Positions 12,566 to 25,654 of a DNA stretch of 64,000 nucleotides are shown here, in pieces. The stretch lies in the NCBI GenBank assembly GCA_951406725.2, contig OX597818.1:25668001-25732000 (forward strand), in the 5' to 3' direction. A program made the position numbers and the translations under genes. The stretch's first letter is position 1; every line of letters begins with the position of its first letter. The notes under the pieces were generated by a model, which did not search any database, was not told the DNA's origin, and saw only the letters and a program-made list of their open reading frames with translations. The DNA comes from Octopus vulgaris (taxonomy: Eukaryota).

Positions 12566-12742
12566 TCCCCCACCCCAACATCACTTGACAGCCGATGCTG
12601 GTGTGTTTATGTCCTCATAACTTAGTGGTTTGGCAAAAGAGACCAATAGAATAAGTACTAGGCTTACAAAGAATAAGATTTGCTTGACTAAAGGTGGTGC
12701 TCCAGCATGGCCACAGTCAAATGACGGCAACAAGTAAAAGAG
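12370..12742 (+). mobile_element. tRNA-derived CORE-type SINE (OR2-like). Other copies at ~26865-27262(-), 30773-31380(+), 33945-34490(+), 37765-38022(-), 46320-46480(-), 47145-47455(-), 49690-49890(+), 53700-53827(-)
   Basis: B-box ggttcagccc, CORE-like ct(t/a)gggcaagtg.cttct, internal (TG)n, and tail ccagcatggccacagtcaaatgac..aacaagtaaaag. Confidence 0.85.
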
Positions 12743-13109
12743 TATTTATATAATTATTAAATTTGATATATAAATTGCTTATTTCCATGCTGACTACCTG
12801 ATAATAATCATTTACATGATTTTTATCCTTATATATATATATATATATATATGTATATGTATGTATGTATATATGTATAGTCCCTGTCTTTCTTTTTTCT
12901 CGCCAATCCTTGGCACACTCTCTTTCCTCTCCCCCTCCTTAATACCTTTGTTCCTCTTTTTCTCTCTCTTCTCCCCCTCTTTAATTCCTTTGCCCCTCTT
13001 TTTCTCTCTCTTCTCTTCCCATGTGACCGCTGGCCAACTATAGCCCTTTCACTTCGGACCAGCGCCATGATAACATCGCTTTCTTTGTCTGCCGTAAGGC
13101 ATTATTTTT

Positions 13110-13477
13110 CAAATACGCCAGCTGAGTTCAATTCATCTAAGTTGAAAGACGCCTGTTGTTATGTCCTGTTATTATTATTATTATTATTGTTTTTTTGTAT
13201 TTATATCTGTATTATTTTTTGCTTTTTGTATTTATATTCATGTAACATCATCCGTTTTTCTGTCCTTGCTTCATATACATTCGATCCTTTTTCCAAGAAA
13301 TCTAATGCTCATAGCTTAGATTTTCCTTGGGGCTGGCCAGATCGGAGCAATCTCAAGATTAATCAGCTGAAATTGCGAGGATGATCTGGTTCTTGACTGA
13401 AGATTAGAGGCTTCGAGTGACCCGTCCGTGTTTTTTGTATCGTCTATTTGAATGTTTTGCGTTCTTGTCCCATTTTG

Positions 13478-13485
<8 letters not shown>
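13110..13485 (+). repeat. Family C dispersed non-coding repeat, also at 52142-52480(+) and 57775-57960(-)
   Basis: Highly similar blocks (tctaatgctcatagcttag...ccttggggctggcc...gactgaagattagaggcttcga...cttgtcccattttgtattttta), each ending in (TA)n. Confidence 0.9.
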
Positions 13486-13523
<38 letters not shown>

Positions 13524-14068
13524 TAGTAGAATAATAAAGAGAAAATTCTTGGTACAGTATTATATATATTTGAAGGAATGAGTAAAAATGGCTTTTTTGA
13601 GGAGATAATTTTTATTTTAATCTTCATAATAATGTTTACAGTGAGTAATTCTGATATGAGTTTCAAGCTTCATGTAGCCATTTTCAAATTGAAAAATGTA
13701 CTTTACTGGTTGCTTAAATAGCAAAAGATTTTTCTTACAAGTATACACACAAAAAAATATACACAGAAAAAAGAAAAGAATATTAAAAAAAAATTTATAT
13801 ATACACACACACATATAAAGAATACAAAAGCATGTGTGAAGAAGAAGAAGAAGAAGAAGAAGAAGAAGAAAAAGCACCACAACAACAAAAGGAAGGAAGA
13901 AAGAAGGGGAAGGAGAAGAAGAGAAAGAAATGAAATCAAGAAAAAATAAATATATAGATAAAAATAAAATAAAAAATAAAAAGTAAGTTTAATAGTAATT
14001 GAGAACAGTCAGGGGAAGATTTAAGTCTATCGAGAATGACCAAATGGAAAATTTAGGAATGGGTCAGT

Positions 14069-14100
<32 letters not shown>

Positions 14101-14152
14101 GTATGTATGTTTGTATGTATGTATGTATGTATGTATGTATGTATGTATATAT

Positions 14153-14490
14153 GCGCATGGCTCAGTGGTTAGAGCGTCGAGCTTACGATCGTGAGGTTGT
14201 AAGCTCGAATCCCGGACTGGGCTGCGTGTTGTGTTCTCGAGCAAGGCACTTTATTTCACGTTGCTCCAGTTCACTCAGCTGTAGAAATGAGTTGCGACGT
14301 CACAGGTGCCAAGCTGTATCGACCTTTGTCTTTCCCTTGGATAACACTGGTGGCGTGGAGAGGGGAGGCTGGTGTGCATGGGCGACTGCTAGCCTTCCAT
14401 AAACAACCTTGCCCGGACTTGTGTGTCTAGGAGGGTAACTTTCTAGGTGCAATCCCATGGTCATTCATGACCGAAGGGGGTCTTTACTTA
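14153..14490 (+). mobile_element. Young tRNA-derived SINE with CORE/Meta-like central domain
   Basis: A-box tggctcagtggttagagc, B-box gctcgaatccc, gagcaaggcactt...ccagttcactcagctg core, CpGs retained. Related head/core at ~11175-11325(-), 23225-23445(-) and 45100-45330(+). Confidence 0.85.
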
Positions 14491-14892
14491 CTTTAATACA
14501 AGCATGGAACACTCTTGGAGTGTCATGGCAAGCCACAGGCATGAAATTACTTGATTTGCAATCAGCAATTAATGTATATGCCAGTGTTTATAAGCTATTT
14601 TGAGAACCTGTTATAAGAAAAGTGCTTGGTGTTGCCCCAAAATGTAACCAAACCATTTAATCACTCAAAAGATAACAACTCTGCTAGACTTAATTGTGAG
14701 ATTTTGGTTAAAAAATTGTCATAAAGTTATGAAGATTGTGTATGGTTAAAATTAAAAATAGAAATTATTTTAGAAATTAAAAAAAATAATTAGAATTAAA
14801 AATAAAAGTAAGATTAAAAATAAAATGACGATATAAAATGGCATAATATGAAATGTAATAAGATATAATAATATATAAGATATAATATAATG

Positions 14893-16170
14893 TATCAGGT
14901 CATCTGATAAGTTCTGTCCGATTTTACCTTTTTTAAAATTGAATGAAATTTAATAGTATTTTAGAATGTCTAATGGAATTAAAAATTATTTTTATGCATT
15001 TGTGTACATTTAAACTAATTAAATATTATTTTACAGAATAATAGAATTAAGATTTCTTTGATTAAAACCCTTTCTAACACGGAAGTATCCAAAGAGCATT
15101 TAAGGCACATAATGCTTTATGAGTACAAAAAAGGAAACTCTGCAGCCAAAGCGACTCGAAACATACTCTCAGTTTATGGGAAAGAATGCTTGAATGAAAG
15201 AACTTGCATAAGATGATTTGCAAAATTCAGAAGTGGAGATTTCAGCCTTGAAGATGAAGATCAAACAGGACGTCCAGTTGAGTTTGATGATAAGCTCCTT
15301 GAGGCATTACTTGAAGAAAATCTTGCATCATCAGTTGAAGAATTGGCAATAAAGCTTAGTTCAAACCATACAACTGTTCATCATCATCTTCAACAACTTG
15401 GAAAGGTTCCTAAACTTTGAAAATGGGTGCCACATGAATTGTCCGAAAGCAACCGCAAATCCCGAGTTGACATCTGCTCTTCTCTCCATTCTCGCGAACT
15501 CATTTCACCCTTTTTGGATAGACTTGTGACTGGTGATGTAAATTGGCTCTTCTATCAAAATGTTAAATGTCGTAAACAGTGGTTTGGTAAAAGGGAAAAA
15601 GCTCAACCACAACTGAGAAGGGAAATTCATGGTAAAAAGTTTTTTCTATCTTGTGGGATTGCAAAGGAGTAATTCCCTTTGAATTTTTACCACCTAATGC
15701 AACAATCAATGCTCAAGTCTACTGTCAGCAATTAGAGCGTTTGAACGAAGCTTTGAAGAAAAAAAGACCCGCTTTAGTGAATCAAAAAGGAGTGATGTTT
15801 CATCAGGACAATGCGTGACCCCACACTGCAAAGATCACATCACAGAAAATCGAAGAGCTTGGTTGGAAAAAAATTCCTCATCCACCTTATTTTCCCAACC
15901 TTACTCTGTCAGACTACCATTTGTTTCGTACTTTACAGAATCATTTGGGGGACATAACTTGTGCAAGCCAGGAGGAGGTTGAAACTGATATTTCAGAGTT
16001 ATTTGCTTTGAAACCAAAAGAGTTTTACATTGATAGGATTAAAATAGATGGAAAGAAATCATAGATTATCAGGGAAAGTATATTGATGATTAAATTTCAA
16101 TTAAATATAACATTTGATCACTTGTTTTCTTTATTCAAAATTCGGACAGAACTTATGGGATGACCTGATA
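14893..16170 (+). mobile_element. Full-length mariner transposon, transposase pseudogene ~15079-16092
   Basis: TA-bounded TIRs tatcaggtcatctgataagttctgtccga / tcggacagaacttatgggatgacctgata. Motifs WVPHEL, VTGDVNW, QDNA*PH and HPPYFPNLTLSDYHLF, with several stops. Confidence 0.95.
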
Positions 16171-16191
16171 TATAATGTAGTATCATAGAAA

Positions 16192-17486
16192 TATCAGTCT
16201 GAGTAAAAAGTAAGCAACGTTTTGAAACATGAAATTCATCACAATATATTTCAACAATGCAGAAATTTTATTCATCAAAGTAAATACCATTACAATCAAC
16301 ACATTTTTGCCCATGAATTACAGGTTTGTTTATTCTGGTAACATAAAAATTTGGAGTTCCGGAGTTGAAGAATCTTTGAATGCACTTTCAGCATCGGTTT
16401 GATTTTTTAAACTCCTTCTCTCACAGGAAACCATCAAGGTGCTTGAAAAAGTGATAGTTAGTTGGAGAAAGGTCTAGGGAATAAGCTGGGTGGTATAGAA
16501 CTTCGTAGCCAAGTTCCTTCAACTTCTGGAGCCTCATTAGTGAAACATGTGGTCAAGCATTGTCATGAAGAATGATTGGCCTGCTTCTGTTGATCAGTCT
16601 GGGATGGAGGAATAGCAGTTTATACTTCATTTTGGCAATTTTATGGCAATATGTTTCTGCAGTAATGGTTTTTCCAGGTTTTAAGAAGTTATAGTGGATT
16701 AGTCCAGCAGTATACTACCAAATAGTCACCATAGCCTTCCTGTTGAAGAGCTTGGGTTTAGAGAAAATTTTCAGTGCTTCATTTTAGTCCAACCTCTGTG
16801 AAGAATGTTGTTTATTATTGTACAGAATCCAACTTTTCATAGCAAGTTTACAATACAGTTGAGAAATGGATCAGTCTGGTTATGTAGAAGAAGCAACGAC
16901 CAAATTTCATATCTGCGCATTTTCTGATTTTTATTCAAATCTTGTGGTACCCATGTGTTGAGATTTTTTGATTTTCCAATTGCATGCAAATGGTTGCAGG
17001 CAGTTTTCTGGCTAATTTGAAGTTCTTTTGTCAGTTCTCAAGTGGTTTTATGTGGATCTGTCTCAATGACGGTCTTTAATTGACCATCATTGATGACAGA
17101 TGGGCATCCACTATGCTCATGATCTTCAAAGGCTCAGGTCTCCACTGCAAAATCATTTAAACCATTTTTGAGCTGACCACTTACTGGTCATTTCCTCACC
17201 AAACATTTCGTTGATATTGCAAGCTGTTCCAGCTGCTTTACATCCTTTTTTGAAGTTGAATAGCAAAATTGCTTGAATATTGTGCTTTGACAGTTCCATT
17301 TCAGACAATTGTAACAATGGTGAAAAAAAATATCAATGTTAATTTATTGATGCATTTGGGAACGTCTATGTCTGTATTATCAGACAATTGCAAAAAAAAA
17401 TGTTTAAAAAAATTCAAAACTCTGTAAAAATCTGGTACAAGTTCTTCATGGTTTAAAACGTTGCTTATTTTTTACTCAACCTGATT
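16192..17486 (-). mobile_element. Full-length mariner of a second family, degenerate
   Basis: TIRs tatcagtctgagtaaaaagtaagcaacgtttt / aaaacgttgcttattttttactcaacctgat. Minus strand carries WVPQDL, HDNA*PH and HPAYSLDLSPTNYHFF. Confidence 0.92.
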
Positions 17487-17664
17487 GAATGAAATATATA
17501 TTATATAATGAATGTAATGTACTTTATGGGACTGCATGTATATGTATATGTGTATGTATGTATACATACATGCATGCATGCATACATACATATACATACA
17601 TATATGCATGTGTGTATATGTGTGTGTGTATATGTATGTGCATATATGTGTGTGTGTGTGTATA

Positions 17665-19641
17665 CTAGCCTAAGTACCCGATTTGCTAGGAAGTTTAAAG
17701 AATGTTAAAGGAAATAAATCTATTTATTCTGATTAAAAATATATTTTCAGAAAAATTCTATCAGATGTCATGAGTATAAACAAAGTTATTAAAACAAATC
17801 CTGAAATCAATCACAGTTTAATTTTGTAAACTTCTAAATATACAATGTTTCTAGTATGTTCTTTAATTGAGGTACAAATAAAAATAGTTTTGGGATTTCC
17901 AACTTGTGAACATCCTACATATAATTGCCCATGAGAGAAGCAAGGAGAAGCAAGGTTAAATCCAACAACCTTGAGAGATTGTCTTTGAGATTTGATTATC
18001 GACATAACAAAACTTAGCTCAAAAAACAAAAGCAGTCAGTGCTGCTGAACCTGGAGCTTCAAGTTGCTGCTGCAGATGTTGTCGATTGTCTGGATTAAAG
18101 TAGACTTGCTGGCTATTTTCTAGATGTACAGCTAGATGGATGACAGTTGGATGCCATTCAGGCAGTAGAAAGTTAGACAGTCTCCAGGCTGCTTCATTGC
18201 CGCTAATGTAGAATGCCATCTGGTAATGTAGAATGCTATCTGACGGCAAAAGTAGCCATGCCTGACCCCCTGTTCGCATACTTGCACACACATTTTATGG
18301 ATTTCACAGAGTTACAAAACTCAACGTTGATGTATGCTTTGAAGATCTTTGACAGATGGGGACAATACAGCACAATCCACCTATTGTCAACTTCAATTTC
18401 TCACCCCCACCCCTGCCCTTGCCGGCTAGTATGTAATGTTAGTTATCAGCAGACAATATTTTTCAATCTCTATCCAAGTATAATTACTCACATCTGATTT
18501 AAAAGAGAAATATCTATTTCTTTACTACCCTATTCAACACAGAGAGGACAAACAAGGACAAACAAACGGATTAAGTCGATTATATCGACCCAGTGTGTAA
18601 CTGGTACTTATTTAATTGACCCCAAAAGGATGAAAGGCAAAGTCGACCTCGGCGGAATTTGAACTCAGAACATAACGGCAGATGAAATACGGCTACGCAT
18701 TTTGCCTGGCGTGCTAACGTTTCTGCCTGTTAATAAGTTAAGTTGCCCCAAGAATATGAAAAATAGGTAATGTAAGTTATCAGCATATAATATTTTTCAA
18801 TCCATATCTAAGAATAAATACTCACATCAGATTTGAATGTAAAATATCAAGTGTTAATAAGGTGAGTTGTTCCAAAAATATCCATAATATGTATTGGAAG
18901 TTTATCAAGATATAACATTTACTAATCCCTATCCAAGTAGAAATAGTCACATGAGATTTAGATATGAAATACCGAGTGTACTCTAGATAACTTTATTAGG
19001 TCCAGTCCACGAACAATTATTTGAATAACTCATGTCAATATCTCTAACACGGGATAAAGTTTACTGTATAAATTGAAAGATTTCCTACAGTGTACATTGC
19101 CTAAAGGACTGAATGAATGAACGACTTGTATCAATTTAACAAGAGTTTTCACCTTCCATTATTGAGAAACCTTACTGTTACTTTTTCTTCTGAAAATTAC
19201 ATAAGTTGTGTGTAACATCGAATTTTAAGTTTTACATTATGGTAATTCCAGTTCTTCGCAGAGGCCCCCTGTGACTGCAGGGGTTGCAGGGGCTTAGCAT
19301 TGGCCCCATTGTAAACAAATTTATGGCTTAGGGTTACAGTTAGGGTTAGTATTTAGTGAGTATGGTGTTATTGTAAATATTTACAAAAGTTTATCCAGTC
19401 ACAATTATGTTTATCAACAACTAACCTTTGTGTGAAAATGTTGGTGTGAATGCAGGACTGTACTCAGAAATTTTACTTGAAACCCCTGAATGGGCAAGGG
19501 CCAAAATTTGCCCCCTACCCAGAACCTTCCCTGAGTAATGAAACCTTCATGACAAATTTGGTACAGATTGATCCAGCAGTTTGACTGTGTATAGAGGAGA
19601 CACGCACACACAGTTAATTTTATATAGCAAGAAGAAGAAGA
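17665..19641 (-). mobile_element. Non-autonomous Helitron with RepHel fragments
   Basis: 5' TC at 19641-19640, 3' CTAG at 17668-17665, inserted between A and T. Fragments YISGNEAAWRL...HPTVIHLAVHLENSQQVYF and Pif1-type SIIKSQRQSL...CFSHGQLYVGCSQV. Confidence 0.92.
18515..18728 (-). mobile_element. Nin/Deu-like SINE inserted into the Helitron
   Basis: Same family as 40823-41053, reverse orientation. Confidence 0.88.
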
Positions 19642-20219
19642 TATATATATATATATATATATATATTTACATACACACTCATAATCATGCACACATCCAT
19701 GCACATATATGCACAAACATATATTCGCACCCTCATACATGTACACACACACTTATATGTATATAAAAAGATGAACAAGGAGTTAGCTAAAAAATCTGAA
19801 TGATTAAAAACATTGGAGATAAAATAGTCTGTGATTTTTTTGTGGGAAAAAGTATGTATGAAATATAGTAAATATTGATAATGCATAAAACATGATCAAG
19901 TATGGAAAAATAGGGAAGAAAATTAAAAATATATAAAATGTATGTATAAATTTTTGGTGGAGTGTAAATGGGGAGTAGTCTAGTAATAATGTATGTAGTT
20001 ATATAAAATATTACAAATATAAAAGTATAAAAAATTATTTAGATATGTACAAGTCTGTAAGTACACACATATGCACATGCATGCACCCACACACTCACAC
20101 ATCCACGTACACATGTACATAAGTCTACATAAATTGATGTGACTAAAATCATTCATACAAATTAATAAAAATTAATAAAAAAAAGTAGTAATTAATATAA
20201 AAAATAAAAGTTCATATAG

Positions 20220-20960
20220 TCTCTTGCTGATTCTATGTAGAAAGAGACCAAAATCTGAGTATATATTTTGTGGCTGGTGGGTAGCATCCAAAATGTTTAA
20301 ACAGTGCGCTCTTCAAAATAAGCTATCTTTCAGCATTACAGAGGTAACACCTTCTGCTACCATATATATTAGGCTTGCATCTTTTTAGGATCTTCCAATT
20401 GATGGAATGGTCATTGAATCTCTCTTTCAAATCCCTGATATAGCTGAAGAGCTTTGTGGTCTTGCATTTCTTCCAGGTTATAATGGAGGAGTTATGGCTA
20501 TTGTATTTTGCTTTAAAGTTGCCTTCAGCAAACCTATCATACATTTTAATGTAGGTGCTGTTGTTTCTATTAGCTGCTCTGGCTGATGATTCTTATATCA
20601 TAACCTTGGTATTACATGCTCCACTGAGCAGGCACATTTCTCTATTTCTACAAGAACATTCAGTTTCTCCAGGTGATGTATGTATGTATGAAACTATGCT
20701 TTTAATGGAATTAAAACAAATCTTCAAATTGTGCCTATTGAAATGTTTTCTGTATCTGTGATAAGCATAGAAGTTTTTTCTGTTGATATTAGGAAGATTT
20801 TGCTTATGATGGTTTTGATGTCTGTAGAAAAAAGGGTGGAGGTGAACCATAAGATGTTCTGGCGTCTGTTTCTTTTTTTTTTTTTTGTGGTTCTGTGATA
20901 GGAGTATACCTAATTTTGTCTTTAAAGCTACTTACTTTCAGAACATCATTATAAAGTGGG
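20220..20960 (-). mobile_element. Penelope-like element remnant (linker plus GIY-YIG endonuclease)
   Basis: ECSCRNREMCLLSGACNTK and FAEGNFKAKYNSH...TTKLFSYIRDLK...INWKILKRCKP..YGSRRCYLCNAER. Confidence 0.88.
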
Positions 20961-23644
20961 TCTGCTCTCCACTAGTAAAGACATTTTTGGCAAAGTAGTC
21001 CTCTTTATAATGAAGTCATTAAAGCTAGAGGCTTTAAGGACAAAGTTGGGTAAAACTCTGTGCTAGAACATCATGTGGGTCATCTTCCCTGCTGTCCAGA
21101 CTCTACTCTCTTCTACATCATTCTGCATTCTCAAACTCATGTATCATTAGTCATCTGCCATCCCTTATCGCTTACATTCACCCTTCAATCCAACCCAATC
21201 TTTACTGCGGTTGTCTACTGACCATTCCCTTTCCTGTTACCCTATCTCTTTCTCCCCTATACACCCTTGCAAATCCCCTACACATTCACACTCCTAGCTC
21301 TTTTATCCCCACTCACTTCTACTCACCTGATACCTACCCAGTGCTTTCCTCTAGTGGATTCCCAGACATGCATTTCAGGTTTTTTAGCTTTCCTCAATTG
21401 GGAATACCATAGTGAGATAAGCCTGGGCAGAATCAAATTTGTAGACACCTCATTACTACTATTTATCTCTTTGCAGCTCCTCAATCTCACATTCTCTTCC
21501 AAATGTGAGTAGCCTTGTAACATCTCCACCACATGAACTTGCTCTGCCTCCTTCCCTCATTTTCTAGCATAAAGTTCCCACTTCAACCTACTGAAATTCC
21601 TTGTCCTGTTAGCTGTTTGTGCCACTAGTTCTGGCGGCACAAAAAAACCCCACCTAGAATGTGCCATAAAGTTGTTGGTATTAGGAAGGGCATCTAGCTG
21701 TGGAAATCATACCAAAGTAGATATAGGAGTATGGTGCTGTTCTTGGATCCATGGGCATATATATACATGTCTGTTTGTGTTTCTGGTGTGTATGTATGTT
21801 TATGTTGCTGTTGATGCTTATAGTAAAAAAAATGTAGTTTATATTAATGTATCTTTAAGTCCCAGAAAATAGTAGTTCAACAAATAGAGGTCAATAAAAT
21901 ACATACTAATATGTACTGGAATCTATATGATCAACTAATCTCTTTTAGAGGTGCCCCAGCATGGTCACAGTCCAGTGACTGTAATTAGTAACTGAATATA
22001 TATATATATATACTTTGTACATATATACATATATACATGTATGTTTGTATGTATATATATATGTGTGTGTGTGTGTATGTATCTGTATACGCATGTAGTG
22101 TGTGTGAGTGTGTGTATATACATCTATGTATGTACATGTGCATGTGTGCACATACACACACATATATACACAAATTCACACACCAAGTTTCCTCTTTCTA
22201 AAGAAAAAATAATCAGCTACATGTGAAAAGCAACTTGAAAAATATTAGAAACAAACATGCAAACAGATAGCAAAAAAAAAAAGAAGACCAATAACCAAAA
22301 TGAAAGTCAATCAAAATGACATCTATAAATCAATAGCCAAATCAAACATTTGGGTCATTGATTATTGTATTGCAGCATGGAGGTAACTGGATGTGTGTTG
22401 TCAGGGATTGTAATGCTGCAAAGAGAAACACTGGGAAGAACTATCGACAATATTAACGATTTAACATTCATTTCAAATCACGAAAAAGTACGTGATATCA
22501 TTAAGAAGACAGTTGTGAGGGAGAACATTCTGTTTATGATGAAACCTGTCAATTCACTAAAGATGCAATCCACTGGCGACAGGATTCTCATTAGTTGGAA
22601 GCAGGTGTTAATAAATAGGAAGCAAAGGAAGAAATGTCATTCTTTTCATTAAACACAGAACTTCTTTTTATAAGATACTGTTATCATTCTGAGAGTAATT
22701 CTCAGACAAGTCGATTGGATGCTGGTCAAATAACTGAATATAGAATCTTCATAGACTCCCTCAAAAGTTTTAAACTCTATATGGTTTTGTTGTTGTTGTT
22801 GTTGTTGTTTAACCTCTGGCCAGTTCTGATTCACTCAATATTTGCTCAAAGGCATTCCAGCCATGATCATACTGTTTTTTTAGAAGTATGTAGGCCTACA
22901 TTATCCAATTTCTCCTTCTTTGTTTTTATAAAGATAATAGGTTGTAATTTGAGGAGAGATTGTTTGTTATCTTCAGCAATTTACATAACCACTTGTTGCT
23001 GCATAAGCCCAGTCTATCTTGATTTAGTCAAACAGCTTGACACAATCCATAGAACCATTGTTCCAGATATACTATGCCTCCAGCTAGGTGAAGGTCCTAT
23101 TACATGCTCAGTGCCATGTAGAGCTCAGAATGGTTATTTGGGGACATCCTTTGCTCAAAAATGTTGTTGTTGTTCTTGGTGTTGTTGTTCTGGTTACCTT
23201 CACTCCTTCTTGAGACATGTTGATTTTAATGGCTGGTTTCCCAGTTTTCATCATGTATAAATTCCCTACCTGGACAGGATGCTGATTCATTGAGGATTAT
23301 TCATTTTTGCCAGCTGAGTGGACTGGAGTAATAGGAAATTAAGTGTTTTGCTCAAGAACACAATTCATCACTCAGTTCAGGATTCAAAACCACAATCTTA
23401 TGATCATGTGTCCAACACCCTAATCACTAAGCCATGTGCATCCACAAACTGAAAGGATGAAAGGCAAAAATCAACCTCAGTAGAATTTGAACTCAGATTG
23501 TAAAGATGGATGAAATGCTGCTAAGCGTTTTCTCTGGTGTGCTAACAATTCTGCCAGCAATTCTGCCTTACAACGAAAAGATGGATGAAATGTGCTAAGC
23601 ATTTTGCCTGGTGAGCTAATAATTCTGCCAGCTTGCAGCAGTTG

Positions 23645-23669
23645 TCTTCTTCTTCTTCTTCTTCTTCTT

Positions 23670-23700
<31 letters not shown>

Positions 23701-23815
23701 TTCTTCCTCTTCTTCTTCTTCTTCCTCCTCCTCCTCCTCCTCCTCCTCCTTATTCTTCCTCTTCTTCTTCTTTTTCCTCTTCTTCTTCTTCTTCTTCTTC
23801 TTCTTCTTCTTCTTC
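23645..23815. repeat. (CTT)n/(CCT)n compound trinucleotide microsatellite
   Basis: Seen directly. Confidence 0.98.
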
Positions 23816-24099
23816 CAATCAGGGCTCACACCATTAGCTACAAAGAATAATCTCTAATTTGAGCCTACTCTAAGCTACTAAGATTGCGTGTGGCAACTTG
23901 AAGATCCACCCACCACACACAATAGACTGGTGGTTGCATGGGTGCGAAAGCTACATTGTTATCCTTATTCTGTAAACGGTGGCTTTTAACGGGTGGAGAG
24001 CTGAACCATCCTGGGGTACAGAGGATTCGCAATCTAGACTAGGGTCTGAAAGTTTACCACACCATAGTGGGTTACACCATGATTCCTCTGCTTTGTGGC

Positions 24100-24292
24100 A
24101 GAAGTAGGAAGGAAGAGTGAGAGAAAGTTGTGGTGAAAGAGTACAGTGGGGTTCCCCACCACCCCTGTCAGAGCCTCGTGGAGCTTAGGTGTTTTTGCTC
24201 AATAAACACTCACAATGCCCAGTCTGGGAATCGAAACCGCGTTTTTACAACCGCGAGTCTGCTGCCCCTAACCACTGGGCCAATGTGCCTCT
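24100..24292 (-). mobile_element. Partial tRNA-derived SINE (family of 55742-56049)
   Basis: Shares gtggtgaaagagtacag...ctgggaatcgaaaccgcg...ccctaaccactgggcca. Confidence 0.82.
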
Positions 24293-25654
24293 GCAGTTGT
24301 TGTTCTAGACCAACATTGATCAAGAAAATTTATGACCAAAGTCTTGGGTGTAGAAATTTTGGAAGTGAAGGGTGATTTCATCTGTACAGGTGAAGGTGTT
24401 GTTGGAGAAGGTAGCCTGTAGGTCGTTCATGTATCAGAGGAAGAGCATGAGAGAGAAAAGTAAACCATAGGACATATTAGACTATATGGAATGCAGGTCA
24501 GAGACATTTCCACTTATAACATCTGACACAATGGTGTCATCTAGCTGTGATCAGAAGACAAGATATACATAGAGTCCGCTAGCAGACAATTAAGTTCAGA
24601 GATTCACATGCCAGATATGGTTGAATGCTTGCTGATGTGAAGTGCAACAACACTATTTCAGATAATTTCCCAAAGGTGTGAGCCATCTGGAGGGTGACAT
24701 CTGGCGAATACACTAAACTAAAGAGTGGGGTGTGGAGAATAGGGAAAAAGCTGAGTAAAAATAAAATGATAAAGAAAATTCATCAATTACTAACTTCTAA
24801 TAAATATTAGCAACCAGTTCAAAAATGTACTCTGAAAACTTGGACTTTTTTTCTAATTATTACAATTATAAAAAAAAAATTATAAGATGGTAACCTGGCA
24901 GAATTGAAAGCACACCAGACAAAATGCTCATTAGCATTTTATCTGTCTTTAGGTTCTGAGTTCAAATTCTGACTTTGTCTTTCAATCTTTTGTGGTTGAT
25001 AAATTAAGTATCTGTCAAATACTGGGATCAGTGTAATCATTCAGATCCTTACCCCAAATTTCAGGCCTTGTACCTATACTTAAAGGATTATTATTATCAT
25101 AAAATTATAATTAAGTGATTTTGAAGATGTGTGTTTGTGTTTTAATGCCTATAATAGCTCTACCACAATTCAGGCATAATTTTACTTAAATAAGGATCTG
25201 ATAAATTTAATTACCTACGTGACATCTTAAATACTGGGTTATTACTTAGGCATAATCTTTTAAGGGCTGGGTTATAGACACTTTGTCATACAGTTTTGCT
25301 AATTATTTTGTAACTCTTGAAGGGTAAAAAAAAGTCAATTTCAACAAGACTTGAACTTAAAATGTTGACGAGTGAAACAAAATACTTTCTAGTAGTTTAT
25401 CCAGTGTTCCACTGTTTATTTCTGAAATGTTGAAGGAAAGTATCATGATGTTCATGCCTTTGACAAAACTACTCATGATGTGAGAACATTGAAATACTAT
25501 TGATTTAATTATTAAAATCAGATTTCAAGCTCAACTTACTGGGAATCTACTTCTTTTATTATCATTTTTCTTACAGGAAAATAATTTTTCCAAATTGTGT
25601 GATTTATAACAATTGCTTTTTAAATAATGAAGCTGGACAGTTTCTCAAAATGAA

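Noticed and set aside
13365-13430. Hammerhead reading of family C (CTGAAGA...GAAT/GAGT)
   Set aside because: No GAAA after stem II and no stem I pairing.
14153-14225. tRNA-like sequences here and at ~55975-56049
   Set aside because: They are SINE heads continuing into SINE bodies, with no complete acceptor stem or Pol III terminator.
22634-23260. 208-aa ORF
   Set aside because: It crosses (TTG)n tracts and dispersed repeat fragments and has no recognisable domain.
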